From positions 1-29,576 of IMG/VR virus record IMGVR_UViG_3300027917_000138: DNA of 29,576 nucleotides; one strand, 5' to 3'. Shown piece after piece: positions 19,350 through 29,576 of this stretch. A model generated the notes under the pieces. That model was given only the letters and a program-made list of their open reading frames with translations. It was not told where the DNA came from and made no database searches. Position 1 is the stretch's first letter. The number at the start of each line of letters is the position of its first letter. The stretch comes from a virus. Taxonomy: Duplodnaviria; Caudoviricetes. Both the position numbers and the translations under genes were made by a program.

Positions 19350-20867
19350 ATGTCGGCAATTATAACTGACCAACTTAGAATATCTAATGCGCTAAGATTT
19401 ATTGATGATTTAAATTCTAGTGATAATGGGTATTACGTTTTTCTAGGTCTCTCAAACTCAACCGAATATTCTGCTACTTGGGAAATTAATCCACCTTTCC
19501 CTAGAGATAATTTTAATGAAGAAAATAAGATCTGGGACACTATGTTTTCCTTGAAAAAAATTTCCCCGGGTGATGTGTCTCCTGTTATTAGAAGGGTTAA
19601 TTGGGAATCTGGAAGAACTTATGATATGTATCGACAAGATATTAGTATAGACAAGCGTGCAAATCAAACAGATTCCACTAGTTTATATTCCTCAGACTAT
19701 TATGTGATAACTCAAGATTATAGAGTTTATATATGTCTACAGAATGGAACTACTCCAGAGTCTCCTAAAGGAAATCCTTCCCTTGATGAACCAACATTTA
19801 CAGACTTGGAACCAAGATCTGCAGGAACTAGTGGTGATGGATATATTTGGAAATATCTTTATACAATAAGACCTAGTGAAATTATAAAATTTGATAGTAC
19901 TAATTTTATTCCCGTTCCTAGAGATTGGAAAACTAATCAAGATTATTCTGCAATAATACAAAATGCTTCAACCAGTGGTCAATTAAAAATAATTAATATT
20001 GTTGATAGGGGAACTAATTTAGGAGCACCGGGATTATATCAAAATATTCCAATTAGAGGTGATGGTTCTGGAGCTACTGCAACAATTATTATTGGAACAG
20101 ATAGAACTGTGGATAGCATATTTGTTTCCAACGGTGGAGATGGATATACATATGGAACTGTTGATTTGTCCAATTCTGGCATATTCTTGACGGACGCTCC
20201 AGTATTTGATGTCATCATTCCCCCAAAGGGAGGTCATGGATCCGATATTTATAGAGAACTTGGTTCTACTAATGTTCTTTTATACTCTAGAATTGAAAAT
20301 GATACTGGTAATCCAGATTTTGTTGTTGGCAATAAAGTGGCAAGAGTTGGAATTGTTAAGAATCCAGAAGCATTTGATTCTACTTCAATTTTAAATATTG
20401 AAAAGGCTAGTTCTGTGTATGCTTTAAAATTGGAACCAAATACTCAAACAATTTCTCCTAATGCAACATTTACACAAACAATTGTCGGTGTTGGAACTGC
20501 AGTAGGAAGAGTTGTTTCTTATGATTCCGAAACAAGAGTTTTAAAATATTGGCAAGATAGAACATTTTATGGATACACAACATCCGGATTGACAACAAGT
20601 GCTACAAATGGATATGAACAAGTTCAATTTTCAACGGATGGAAATATTCAAATTAATACTGTTACTATTCCGATAGATAATGGTTTTAGTGGTATATCTA
20701 CCATAATAAATAATGGTACTGTATACCTTGGTCAAAATTTTGAAAATGGATTTTCTAATCCGGAGGTAAAAAAATATACAGGCGATATAATTTACGTCGA
20801 TAATAGACCTTCAATTAGCAGATCTTCAAATCAGAAAGAAGATATTAAAGTCGTTTTACAATTCTAA
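19350..20867 (+). CDS. gp8: baseplate wedge subunit gp8
   Basis: MSAIITDQLRI, YRVYICLQNG, GDGYIWKYLYTI, PKGGHGSD and terminal IYVDNRPSISRSSNQKEDIKVVLQF motifs. Confidence 0.93.
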   Translation: MSAIITDQLRISNALRFIDDLNSSDNGYYVFLGLSNSTEYSATWEINPPFPRDNFNEENKIWDTMFSLKKISPGDVSPVIRRVNWESGRTYDMYRQDISIDKRANQTDSTSLYSSDYYVITQDYRVYICLQNGTTPESPKGNPSLDEPTFTDLEPRSAGTSGDGYIWKYLYTIRPSEIIKFDSTNFIPVPRDWKTNQDYSAIIQNASTSGQLKIINIVDRGTNLGAPGLYQNIPIRGDGSGATATIIIGTDRTVDSIFVSNGGDGYTYGTVDLSNSGIFLTDAPVFDVIIPPKGGHGSDIYRELGSTNVLLYSRIENDTGNPDFVVGNKVARVGIVKNPEAFDSTSILNIEKASSVYALKLEPNTQTISPNATFTQTIVGVGTAVGRVVSYDSETRVLKYWQDRTFYGYTTSGLTTSATNGYEQVQFSTDGNIQINTVTIPIDNGFSGISTIINNGTVYLGQNFENGFSNPEVKKYTGDIIYVDNRPSISRSSNQKEDIKVVLQF

Positions 20868-20873
20868 TCAATC

Positions 20874-23800
20874 ATGCCACAAGAAACTAATTTGAATGTA
20901 ACCCCATATTTTGATGATTTTGACGACAGGAAAAATTTTTATAAAGTTCTTTTTAAACCAGGGTATCCTATTCAATCAAGGGAATTGACAACACTTCAGT
21001 CAATTCTACAAAATCAAATTGAAAAATTTGGATCTCATATTTTTAAAGAAGGTTCTCCCGTTCTTGGTGGCAATGTTGTTTATAATAATTATTATGAAGG
21101 CATTCAAGTAGAATCAAGTTATCTTGGGATTTCTGTAGATTCTTATTTGGATAATTTTATTGGAAAATATCTCATTGGACAAGATTCTCAAGTAAAGGCT
21201 AGAGTAGAATTTATTTTGCCTGCAGATGAATCTCCAACCACAAATACAATAATTTATGTATCTTACAGGGATTCTAGTTTAACTGAGAATACTAGAGAAT
21301 TTAATCCCGGAGAAGTTTTACTTTCAGAAGAAGACGTTCCATTTATATCAGGTGGAGTCACCAGCATTCAGTCTGGTCAAGGAGTTTCTAGAGTAACTCC
21401 CCAAGATTCTTCTATTATTGGATCTTCAGTAACTATTGCTTCTGGAGTTTATTTTATTAGAGGATATTTTGTAAATGTTAATGAGGAAACTATATTATTG
21501 GATCCAATATCAAATAATGTAACTTATAGTGTTGGATTAAAAGTTACTGAAGATATTGTTACTTCAGATGATGATGAATCTTTAGTAGATAATTCTCAAG
21601 GATTTACAAACTTTGCAGCACCTGGTGCAGATAGACTTTCAATTTCAGTCTCTTTGGCAAAATATTCAATTACAGAAACACAAGATGAAGGATATATTGA
21701 GTTATTTAAGGTAGTTGATGGATCTCCAGATAAAGTTCAAAGAGATGCTGAATATAACCTATTGGCAAATGAATTTGCTAGAAGAACTTATGATGAATCT
21801 GGAGATTATTATGTAACTCCATTTAAAGTCGATGTTAAAGAGTCTTTAGATAACCTTAAAGGAAATAAAGGTGTATTTAGGCAGGGACAAATAACATATG
21901 GAAATAATACTGCAGATGAATCTTTGGGGATTTATAAAGTATCTCCAGGAAAGGCATACATTAGAGGATTTGAGGTAGAAATTCCAAATCCAACATTTAT
22001 TGATTTTGCAAAACCAAGAATTACAAAGACTTTGCAAAATCAAAGTATCGTATATGAAACCGGAGCAACTTTCACATTAAACAGAGTTAATGGAACTCCT
22101 TCTTTGGGTATTTCAACCGATTATACGGTGACTTTAAGATCTGAAAGATTGGGTTCTGATATAAATGCGGAACCCGGAAAGGAAATTGGTCTTGCTAGAG
22201 TTTATGATTTTGCTTTAGAATCTGGTTCTTACAATTCAGTATTTCCATTTTCAAATGAGTGGGATATTACTTTATTCGATGTACAACCTTATATTGAATT
22301 TAATTTAAATAATCCAATTACTTTAGATGTTCCTACTTTTATTAAAGGTAGTTCTAGTGGTGCTTCAGCATTTTTAAAAGAGTCTGTAGTAAATTCTGGA
22401 ATTATTACTGCGTACAATGTTGAAGGCAAGTTTCTGAGGGGTGAAAAGTTAAGTTTTGATGGAATTCAAAATAATAGAATTATTAAATCATTTACAGAAT
22501 ATGATATTAATGATTTTAAATCAATTTATGCATCTCCAGTTGGATCTGGAGTAACTTTTAGTGCAGATTTGGTACAAAGACCAAAATCATTTGCCGGTTC
22601 TGTGTCTATTTCCGATGGATCATCAGGAATTAGTACTGTAACAAGTTCTGATTTTGTATTTTTTGGTAATGTAAAAGAAAATGACATTGTAGCATATTCA
22701 ACACCAGGAGATATTGTACCTACTTATGCAAAGGTAAATTCAGTTTCTGAAAAGTCTTTGGTAATCGAATCTGTTACACCAGTTGATGGAGTTTGCGTAT
22801 CTTCTCTCCCAACTTCAGAGTTAAATGTTTCTGATTTTAGAATTCTAAAATCTGGACTGCAAGATTCTTCGGATAACACATTATATACAGTATTTCCAAA
22901 AGATAAAATTTCTTCTGTCGATTTAGAAGATTCTGAAATTATTATCAGAAAGCAAAGAACAATAAACATTGCAAACAACTCTTCAGGTACTATAGTTCTT
23001 CCTGCAAATGAAAGATTCTTACCATATGATGAAGAAAGATATTCTGTTGTATATACTGGTGATGGAACTACAGATCCTCTTACAGAAGATAAGTTTCTAT
23101 TTACTCTCGGATCTCAAAGTTTACAAATTAATGGGTTAAAAGTTTTAAGTGGAACTGCAATTTTAACTTATACCGTTAAAAAATTAAACGTAAGTTCTAA
23201 GGTTAAGAAAAGGAATAGAGTAAACTCTATTATAGTTGATAAATCAAAATACGATTATTCTGGAATCGGACAAACTACAATTAATGATGGTTTAGAATTT
23301 GGCAATTATCCTTATGGAACAAGAGTACAGGATGAGGATATTTGTCTAAAATTCCCTGATGTTACAAAATTATTGGGAGTATTTGAAACATCAAGTGCCA
23401 CAGATGCTCCAACTCTCAAATCAATTACTTTAGATTTGGGAGCACTTTCAACTGCTAATTTAATATTAGGAGAAGAAATTGTTGGTCAAACTAGTAATTG
23501 TGTAGCAATTCTGGTAGAGAGAATTAATTCAAATACTGTAAGTTATATTAGTTTAAATTCTTCAGAATTTACTTCTGGTGAAGGAGTATCTTTCTCGGAT
23601 TCGAATGTAATTTCAACAATCAGTTCTTTAAATAGAGGTAATTGTAAAGATATTACTGATAATTTTATATTCAATAATGGTCAGAAAAGTACTTTCTATG
23701 ATTATGGAAGAATTATTAGAAAAGAAAGATCTAGAGAACCTATAAAAAAATTAAAAATTGTTTTTGAATCAACTTCTATAGATCCAGCAGATGAAGGAAG

Positions 23801-26800
23801 TTTCTTTACTGCAAATTCTTATGGACAATTTAATTATTGCAACATTCCAGCATATGATGGTTTAAGAAACTATAACATTTTAGATTTGAGACCAAGAGTA
23901 ACTCCTTATACAGTCACTGCTGGAGCAAGGTCTCCATTCGAATCACTATCCAATAATTTTGTTAATGTTGACAATCAAAATACTCCAATTTTGGCATCTG
24001 ATGAAGATATTATATTAGATTTTTCATATTATTTACCAAGAATTGATAAAATTATTTTATCAAAAGAAGGTCAATTTGAATTAATGATTGGCGACCCTGC
24101 GGAGAATCCCCAAGCTCCATTAAATCTTTCAGAGTCTCTTGATATTGCTACAATAACTCTTCCTGCTTATTTCTGCACTAACGATGAGGTTAGAGTTGAT
24201 CTTGCTAAGCACAAGAGATATAGAATGGTTGATATTAAAAAATTGGAAGACCGAATAAAAAATCTTGAGTATTATACAACCCTTTCACTTTTGGAAAAAG
24301 AGACTGCTAGTTTCACTATAAAAGATTCAAATGGTCTTGATAGATTTAAATCTGGATTCTTTGTAGACAATTTTACAACTTTAATTTCGCAAAAATCTTC
24401 ATCTGTTGCAAAAAATTCAATTGATGTAGAAAATTCTCAATTGAGACCATCTGTTTATACGACATCAATAGATTTAATTCTTGGTCATACAAATTCCAAT
24501 GGTTCAATTAATTTTAATGATGAAGATTTTGATTATAAGTCAAATCAATCTATTGTCGGAGAAAATGTTAGAAAATCTGTTGGTTCTGTTGGAAAGGGAA
24601 TTTTAACATTAGATTATTCCGAAACTGAAGAAATAGTTCAACCATATGCAACTAGAGTTGAAAATGTAACTCCATATTTGGTCACTTTCTATGGCGGAGT
24701 TGCTTCTCTAAATCCCTCTTCTGATATTTGGTTAGATCCTATAGTTTTAGATCCTATTGATTTGGGTGTTCAACAAGGAGAAACTCAAATTGTTGAAGTT
24801 GAATTGGATGAAATTCCAGATCCAAACTCTGGATGGGCTCCAGTTATATTTGGTGCTTGGGAAACTTCTTGGACAACAATATCTGCCCCAAGAGAAGTTT
24901 CTAGAGGACCAAAATATGAAAAGAATGGAAAGTGGTATCAAGATGTTGTTTACGCTAGAGATAAAGAAGGTTTTAAAACTAGAATTGGTGATACCAACAG
25001 AATTACATTCTCAGATACCCCAGTATCATATGGAGAAAATGTAGTAAGTATTGATATTGCAACATACTGTAGATCTAGAAATATTGAGTTGGTTTCTAAG
25101 AAATTGAAACCTTATACTCAAATGTATACTTTCTTTGATGGTCAAAGAGTTGATGAATTTGTAGTTCCAAAACTTTTGGAAGTTGAAATGATATCTGGTA
25201 TTTTCCAAATCGGAGAGACTGTTAGAACTCTCAAAGCACAAGATGCAACTGGAAATGCAAATATTAGATTCCGTCTTTGCCAACCAGATCATAGAGGTGG
25301 TAGATATGATTCTCCAACAGAAGTATATTCTTTTAATCCATATACAAGAACTGCAGATGTTCCAACAAGTTATTCCGAGTCATCAACATTTTTAAATATT
25401 GATACATTTTTATTAGCTGAAGAAGCAATTGGAGAATCTTTCGGATACGTTTCTTCTGGAATGCTTTTAATTGGCAACACTAGTAATGCTATTGCTAGAG
25501 TTCAACCTGTAAGATTGGTCACAGATAATGTTGGAACAGTAATTGCATCCTTATATATTCCCGATCCATCGGTTCCAAAGAATCCAAAATTCACTACTGG
25601 TGCAAAGATTGTAAGACTTTCAAGTTCTCAGAGCATTTCGACTGTTCCAGGACTTCTAAACAGTTTGGCAGAAGCAGCATTCTTTTCAAAAGGTACTATT
25701 AAGACAACTCAAGATTCCTTTGCAACAATTAGAGATACTATAAAGGAAGTTGGGACATTATCTCAAACAATTCCAATTTCAACAACAGATTTTTCTCAAC
25801 CGATTGCAGTCGAAGTTCCTGCTCCCCCACCAAAACCACAACCACAACCATATCCAACACCAAAACCAGAACCATCACCATCACCGGAACCAAAACCCGG
25901 TCCAAAACCATCTCCCGGTCCAAAACCCGGTCCAAAACCATCTCCTGGTCCAAGACCATCTCCTGGTCCAAGACCATCTCCTGGTCCAAGACCATCTCCT
26001 GGTCCAAGACCATCATCAAAGAAAATTGAACAATTTAAGTTATATACAGTTCCAGGAACATATACATTTACTGTTCCAAAGGGCGTAACTTCTATTGAAG
26101 CTTCTGGAGTTGGTGCCGGCGGTGGTGGTGGATATGGTAAAGGAAAAAGACCTGGCGGTGGCGGTGGCGGCGGTGGAGTTTGCTCTAAGAAAATTTCAGT
26201 AAATCCTGGAGAAGTTTTGACAATCCAAGTTGGATCTGGAGGAAAAGGTGCATCTTCAGATAACAAGGCAACGAATGGAGAATCAAGTTTTATCTTAGGC
26301 AAAAATATAGTTGCCAGAGGTGGTGTTGGTGGATCTAGCACTTCTAAAGGTAAAGGTGGAAGTAATAGTGGTGGAGGTGGAAAAGGTGAAGATGGTAGAT
26401 ATGATAGAGATGATGATGATAGAAGAGGTGGATACGGTGGTGGTGCAGGACGTAGAGGCGGTGGAAATTGCGGACACCCTAAAGATGATGATAGCTGTAC
26501 TTCAGCAACTGGCGGAGTTGGTGGAAATGGTATAGAATTTGCAGGATCTGGTGGAACTAACGGTGAAGTACCAAGATGTGGAGACACGGATGGTGGAAGA
26601 GGTGGTACTTTCGGTGGCGGCGGTGGCGGTGGCGTCAAAAATGGATCAGGTGCTGATGGTTCCCCTGGCGCATTCCTATTGAAGTGGAAAGAATCTAAAG
26701 ATACTGCATCATCATCACTAATTCCACCTGTAGGATTAGATCCACTAGCACAATCATTTACTATTAGTGCTAAAGAGGGAAGATTCGTAACGGCAATTGA

Positions 26801-29240
26801 TTTATTCTTCCAATCTAAAGATGATACTTTACCAATTATTGTTGAGTTGAGACCAATGTCTCTTGGATTACCAACTGGAGAAATTTATCCATTCTCTCAA
26901 ATTGTTGTATTCCCCGATGACATTGAAATTTCCGAAGACGCTTCAATTCCAACAAGAGTTCAATTTGATGCTCCAGTTTATCTAAAGGGAGAAACTGAAC
27001 ACGCAGTTGTTATCAAATCGGATTCTACAAATTACTATGCTTGGATTTCTAGACTAGGTGAAGTTGATATTACTACAGCTTCTTTACCAGAATCTGGAAG
27101 AACTATAGTTGCAAGTCAACCAGATATTAGTACAATTGGATCTTTATTTAAGTCTCAGAATGCTTCAACTTGGACTCCAAGTCAATTTGAGGACCTGAAA
27201 TTCACATTGTATTCTGCAGTATTTGAGACTGAAGGAAATGCAAGTTTCTTCAACCCAAATCTCACTAAAAAGAATAAACAGTTCTCAAAGTTAAGTAATA
27301 ATCCTATAGAAATTTACTCCAGAAAAATTAAAGTTGATATTTCGGAAACTTTAAATGATGTTGGATTTACTTTTGGTAATACTGTCGTTCAAACTGGAAC
27401 TAATGCAACTGGAAATTATGTAGGTGCTACTGGATCTGTTTCAAGTATTTCTATTACTAATAGTGGAATTGGTTATACTCCTTCAAATGGAACATCTTTC
27501 ACATATTTTAATGTTCCTTTGGTAAATTCTTCATCTGAAGGAAAATTAGCGACAGCAGATATTACTATTGGAAGAGAAATTTTACCAGACGGTAGTTTTA
27601 ATGATGGAGTTGCAATTGCTGCAACTATTACATCATCTGGGGTTGGGTATCAGAAAGGTGATGTTTTATCTGTTGATCAGTTAGGAGATCAACAATTGGG
27701 CAGAAATTTACTACTAACTGTTGATGATGTCACCGATTTCAATCAAATCATTATTGACAACGTTCAAGGCAATTTCCAAACAGGAAATGCATTTACTTTA
27801 ACTTATACAAATCCATCTGGGATTAATGTCAATATTAATGATGGTACAACTCCTCCAGTTAATATTACTGAAATAACTGAAATCACGGATGGATTACATA
27901 TCAAAGTAAATCATCAAAATCATGGAATGCATTCAGAAGTAAATTTCGTTGAATTGTCAAATATTAAATCCGATATTGATCCAGTTTCTTTATCAGAAAC
28001 TATCACATCAAATGACACTGCTTTATCTGCAATTACTGTTTCATCAACCACAATATTCAACACTTTTGAAAATGAACTAGTAAGTTCTATAAATCCAGGT
28101 TATATACTAATTAATAGAGAAATTATTAAGTATACTGGTGTTTCTGGCAATCAATTGACTGGTATTGAACGTAAGATTAATTCTTCAGACAGTTCAATTT
28201 TAATAAAAGCTTCACCACACTTTATTGGAGATGATGTATACAAGTATGAGTTGAATGGGGTTTCTTTACTTAGAATTAATAAAACTCATACTCTACAAGA
28301 TACTGTAGTTTTAGATCCAATTGGACTAGACTATTATACATTGTACATTGATACCGTGAGACCTGATCCTACATTAAAACCATTATATTTTGCAGATACC
28401 AAATCAACTGGAGGATCCACTGTTCTAGCATCAAGCAACATTCAATTTGAAATTATCAAACCAAACGTTGAAACATTTATTCTGCCAAGAACAGGAATAT
28501 CTGCAGACTTGAGAACAGTTTCCGCAACAAGCATTGGTGGCGTTGAACCTTCCTTTGTTGATCAAGGGTATCAGAGAGTTGATTTGAATGTAAACAATAA
28601 TATGAACACAAGTAGATTAATTTGCTCACTAATCAATGAGCAGACTTATTTGCAAGACCAACCTGCAAATAAATCTCTTGAACTAAGAACTTTCTTAACT
28701 ACAGAAAATGATAGAATCAGTCCTGTTATTGATTTGGATAGAGTTGGTGCAATTTTAGTTTCCAATAGAGTCAATAGACCTATTGAAGATTACGTAAATG
28801 ATTCTAGAATTTCCACATTGCAAAAAGATCCTATAGCATTCTATTATGCAACAAAACCAATTTCTCTAGAAGTTCCAGCGACTTCAATAAGAACTTATAT
28901 TGCCGCATATATTAATAGAAATGCTGATATTAGAGCATTTTATGCATTAATGAAGGATCCAACTGAAACTCCAATTTATTATCCATTCCCAGGATATTCA
29001 AACAAATTGGTATCTGGAGAAATTATTGATATTGCCAACAGTGATGGAACTCCCGATAAATTCGTTCCAAATAATGAGTTATTTGGAAATGGAGATACTG
29101 AAAATTATTTCAAAGATTATGAATTTAGTGTAGACAATTTGGCAGAATTTAGGTACTTTAGTGTTAAACTGACAGTATCATCCAACATTCAAGTATATCC
29201 ACCAAAACTAAGAGATCTTAGAGTAATTGCATTGGCATAA
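20874..29240 (+). CDS. large virion structural protein, VrlC-like / DUF4815-containing, 2788 aa
   Basis: N-terminal TNLNVTPYFDDFD...KVLFKPGYPIQSRELTTLQSILQNQ, APGADRL, ARRTYDESGDY, RIKNLEYYTTLSLLE, RFKSGFFVDNF, DPLAQSF, SLFKSQNASTWTPSQFEDLKF and terminal LRVIALA; follows gp8 as in cyanomyoviruses. Confidence 0.85.
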   Translation: MPQETNLNVTPYFDDFDDRKNFYKVLFKPGYPIQSRELTTLQSILQNQIEKFGSHIFKEGSPVLGGNVVYNNYYEGIQVESSYLGISVDSYLDNFIGKYLIGQDSQVKARVEFILPADESPTTNTIIYVSYRDSSLTENTREFNPGEVLLSEEDVPFISGGVTSIQSGQGVSRVTPQDSSIIGSSVTIASGVYFIRGYFVNVNEETILLDPISNNVTYSVGLKVTEDIVTSDDDESLVDNSQGFTNFAAPGADRLSISVSLAKYSITETQDEGYIELFKVVDGSPDKVQRDAEYNLLANEFARRTYDESGDYYVTPFKVDVKESLDNLKGNKGVFRQGQITYGNNTADESLGIYKVSPGKAYIRGFEVEIPNPTFIDFAKPRITKTLQNQSIVYETGATFTLNRVNGTPSLGISTDYTVTLRSERLGSDINAEPGKEIGLARVYDFALESGSYNSVFPFSNEWDITLFDVQPYIEFNLNNPITLDVPTFIKGSSSGASAFLKESVVNSGIITAYNVEGKFLRGEKLSFDGIQNNRIIKSFTEYDINDFKSIYASPVGSGVTFSADLVQRPKSFAGSVSISDGSSGISTVTSSDFVFFGNVKENDIVAYSTPGDIVPTYAKVNSVSEKSLVIESVTPVDGVCVSSLPTSELNVSDFRILKSGLQDSSDNTLYTVFPKDKISSVDLEDSEIIIRKQRTINIANNSSGTIVLPANERFLPYDEERYSVVYTGDGTTDPLTEDKFLFTLGSQSLQINGLKVLSGTAILTYTVKKLNVSSKVKKRNRVNSIIVDKSKYDYSGIGQTTINDGLEFGNYPYGTRVQDEDICLKFPDVTKLLGVFETSSATDAPTLKSITLDLGALSTANLILGEEIVGQTSNCVAILVERINSNTVSYISLNSSEFTSGEGVSFSDSNVISTISSLNRGNCKDITDNFIFNNGQKSTFYDYGRIIRKERSREPIKKLKIVFESTSIDPADEGSFFTANSYGQFNYCNIPAYDGLRNYNILDLRPRVTPYTVTAGARSPFESLSNNFVNVDNQNTPILASDEDIILDFSYYLPRIDKIILSKEGQFELMIGDPAENPQAPLNLSESLDIATITLPAYFCTNDEVRVDLAKHKRYRMVDIKKLEDRIKNLEYYTTLSLLEKETASFTIKDSNGLDRFKSGFFVDNFTTLISQKSSSVAKNSIDVENSQLRPSVYTTSIDLILGHTNSNGSINFNDEDFDYKSNQSIVGENVRKSVGSVGKGILTLDYSETEEIVQPYATRVENVTPYLVTFYGGVASLNPSSDIWLDPIVLDPIDLGVQQGETQIVEVELDEIPDPNSGWAPVIFGAWETSWTTISAPREVSRGPKYEKNGKWYQDVVYARDKEGFKTRIGDTNRITFSDTPVSYGENVVSIDIATYCRSRNIELVSKKLKPYTQMYTFFDGQRVDEFVVPKLLEVEMISGIFQIGETVRTLKAQDATGNANIRFRLCQPDHRGGRYDSPTEVYSFNPYTRTADVPTSYSESSTFLNIDTFLLAEEAIGESFGYVSSGMLLIGNTSNAIARVQPVRLVTDNVGTVIASLYIPDPSVPKNPKFTTGAKIVRLSSSQSISTVPGLLNSLAEAAFFSKGTIKTTQDSFATIRDTIKEVGTLSQTIPISTTDFSQPIAVEVPAPPPKPQPQPYPTPKPEPSPSPEPKPGPKPSPGPKPGPKPSPGPRPSPGPRPSPGPRPSPGPRPSSKKIEQFKLYTVPGTYTFTVPKGVTSIEASGVGAGGGGGYGKGKRPGGGGGGGGVCSKKISVNPGEVLTIQVGSGGKGASSDNKATNGESSFILGKNIVARGGVGGSSTSKGKGGSNSGGGGKGEDGRYDRDDDDRRGGYGGGAGRRGGGNCGHPKDDDSCTSATGGVGGNGIEFAGSGGTNGEVPRCGDTDGGRGGTFGGGGGGGVKNGSGADGSPGAFLLKWKESKDTASSSLIPPVGLDPLAQSFTISAKEGRFVTAIDLFFQSKDDTLPIIVELRPMSLGLPTGEIYPFSQIVVFPDDIEISEDASIPTRVQFDAPVYLKGETEHAVVIKSDSTNYYAWISRLGEVDITTASLPESGRTIVASQPDISTIGSLFKSQNASTWTPSQFEDLKFTLYSAVFETEGNASFFNPNLTKKNKQFSKLSNNPIEIYSRKIKVDISETLNDVGFTFGNTVVQTGTNATGNYVGATGSVSSISITNSGIGYTPSNGTSFTYFNVPLVNSSSEGKLATADITIGREILPDGSFNDGVAIAATITSSGVGYQKGDVLSVDQLGDQQLGRNLLLTVDDVTDFNQIIIDNVQGNFQTGNAFTLTYTNPSGINVNINDGTTPPVNITEITEITDGLHIKVNHQNHGMHSEVNFVELSNIKSDIDPVSLSETITSNDTALSAITVSSTTIFNTFENELVSSINPGYILINREIIKYTGVSGNQLTGIERKINSSDSSILIKASPHFIGDDVYKYELNGVSLLRINKTHTLQDTVVLDPIGLDYYTLYIDTVRPDPTLKPLYFADTKSTGGSTVLASSNIQFEIIKPNVETFILPRTGISADLRTVSATSIGGVEPSFVDQGYQRVDLNVNNNMNTSRLICSLINEQTYLQDQPANKSLELRTFLTTENDRISPVIDLDRVGAILVSNRVNRPIEDYVNDSRISTLQKDPIAFYYATKPISLEVPATSIRTYIAAYINRNADIRAFYALMKDPTETPIYYPFPGYSNKLVSGEIIDIANSDGTPDKFVPNNELFGNGDTENYFKDYEFSVDNLAEFRYFSVKLTVSSNIQVYPPKLRDLRVIALA
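25890..26014 (+). repeat. coding tandem repeat: 2 x 30 bp (1 mismatch) overlapping 4 perfect 18-bp units CCATCTCCTGGTCCAAGA (PSPGPR)
   Basis: Read directly: 30-mers at 25890-25919 and 25920-25949; 18-mers start at 25938, 25956, 25974 and 25992. Confidence 0.95.
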
Positions 29241-29576
29241 TGAAATACAGTAAAATAAAGGGTCACGAGAATCTAATTCGTGACGAAAAAACCAAATCAA
29301 TCATTAATACTAATATTAATGAATATGAAAATTATATTAAAATGAGAAATATAAAACAAACTGAGGTGAAAGCGCTGTCCGAAATCGGGGAAGTTGACCT
29401 CGCGGCTGTTGAGAAGATCAAAGGCCAATGGCTAATCCAGGAAAGCCGGTTTGTTCTCCAGTTTACGGATCGTTTTGCCGGTATGGTGGATGGGCTGAGG
29501 TACTACCATTATAAACGAGTAGGCACTAACCCCCGTTATCCCTATATTTATACGATTGTAAAATCCAAAAAGAGTG
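29240..29576 (+). CDS. hypothetical protein, open at window end; N-terminal ~44 aa phage-like, remainder compositionally foreign
   Basis: ATG overlaps the previous stop (TAATG). MKYSKIKGHENLIRDEKTKSIINTNINEYENY... resembles the small gene that follows vrlC in cyanomyoviruses. The frame stays open to the end of the window. Confidence 0.6.
   Translation, partial: MKYSKIKGHENLIRDEKTKSIINTNINEYENYIKMRNIKQTEVKALSEIGEVDLAAVEKIKGQWLIQESRFVLQFTDRFAGMVDGLRYYHYKRVGTNPRYPYIYTIVKSKKS

Noticed and set aside
20705-20712. AATAAATA inside gp8 as an internal late promoter for the VrlC-like gene
   Set aside because: Plausible but expected by chance in AT-rich coding DNA; not supportable without TSS data.
7232-25292. 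Short ORFs nested in gp7, gp8 and the VrlC-like gene
   Set aside because: 60-102 aa shadows within long conserved reading frames; no recognisable motifs.
25938-26009. Possible CRISPR array
   Set aside because: Units are contiguous with no spacers, in frame within a CDS, and there are no cas genes.
25738-26535. Alternate-frame repetitive ORFs (MVLDQE repeats, QDHLLV repeats, 26311..26535, 26295..26477)
   Set aside because: By-products of the 18-bp tandem repeat and low-complexity coding sequence.
25796-26638. 280-aa Pro-rich ORF on the minus strand
   Set aside because: Antisense shadow of the Gly/Pro-rich segment of the VrlC-like gene (GGT/GGA read as ACC/TCC/CCA); no independent signals.
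5704-29240. Inteins, introns, stop-codon recoding or DGR target repeats in the giant ORFs
   Set aside because: Frames are uninterrupted in the standard code. I saw no intein splice or LAGLIDADG motifs, no reverse transcriptase and no template/variable repeat pair, by eye only.

Overview
This window is a segment of a T4-like cyanophage-type myovirus genome (Kyanoviridae-like gene order), with all credible genes on the + strand in the standard genetic code. Positions 1-775 are the end of a GC-richer cluster of tiny genes, preceded by a tRNA-like T-arm fragment. Positions 776-1021 are a structured non-coding boundary with a hairpin, phased TAAG motifs and A/T tracts. Positions 1022-3352 hold small hypothetical genes and a GT-A glycosyltransferase-like gene. 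Positions 3383-29240 are the late baseplate module: gp25, gp6, a giant 4532-aa gp7-like protein, gp8 and a 2788-aa VrlC/DUF4815-like virion protein, with T4-type late promoters. The most notable points are a Pro-rich tandem-repeat linker plus Gly-rich domain embedded in the VrlC-like protein, a YHYH-like module and repeats inside gp7, a candidate origin/regulatory region at 776-1021, a possible RNA structure at 3036-3094, and an abrupt in-frame compositional junction near 29371 (possible chimera or insertion). Family assignments come from motif recognition and synteny, not database searches. No clearly novel system is proven by the sequence alone.
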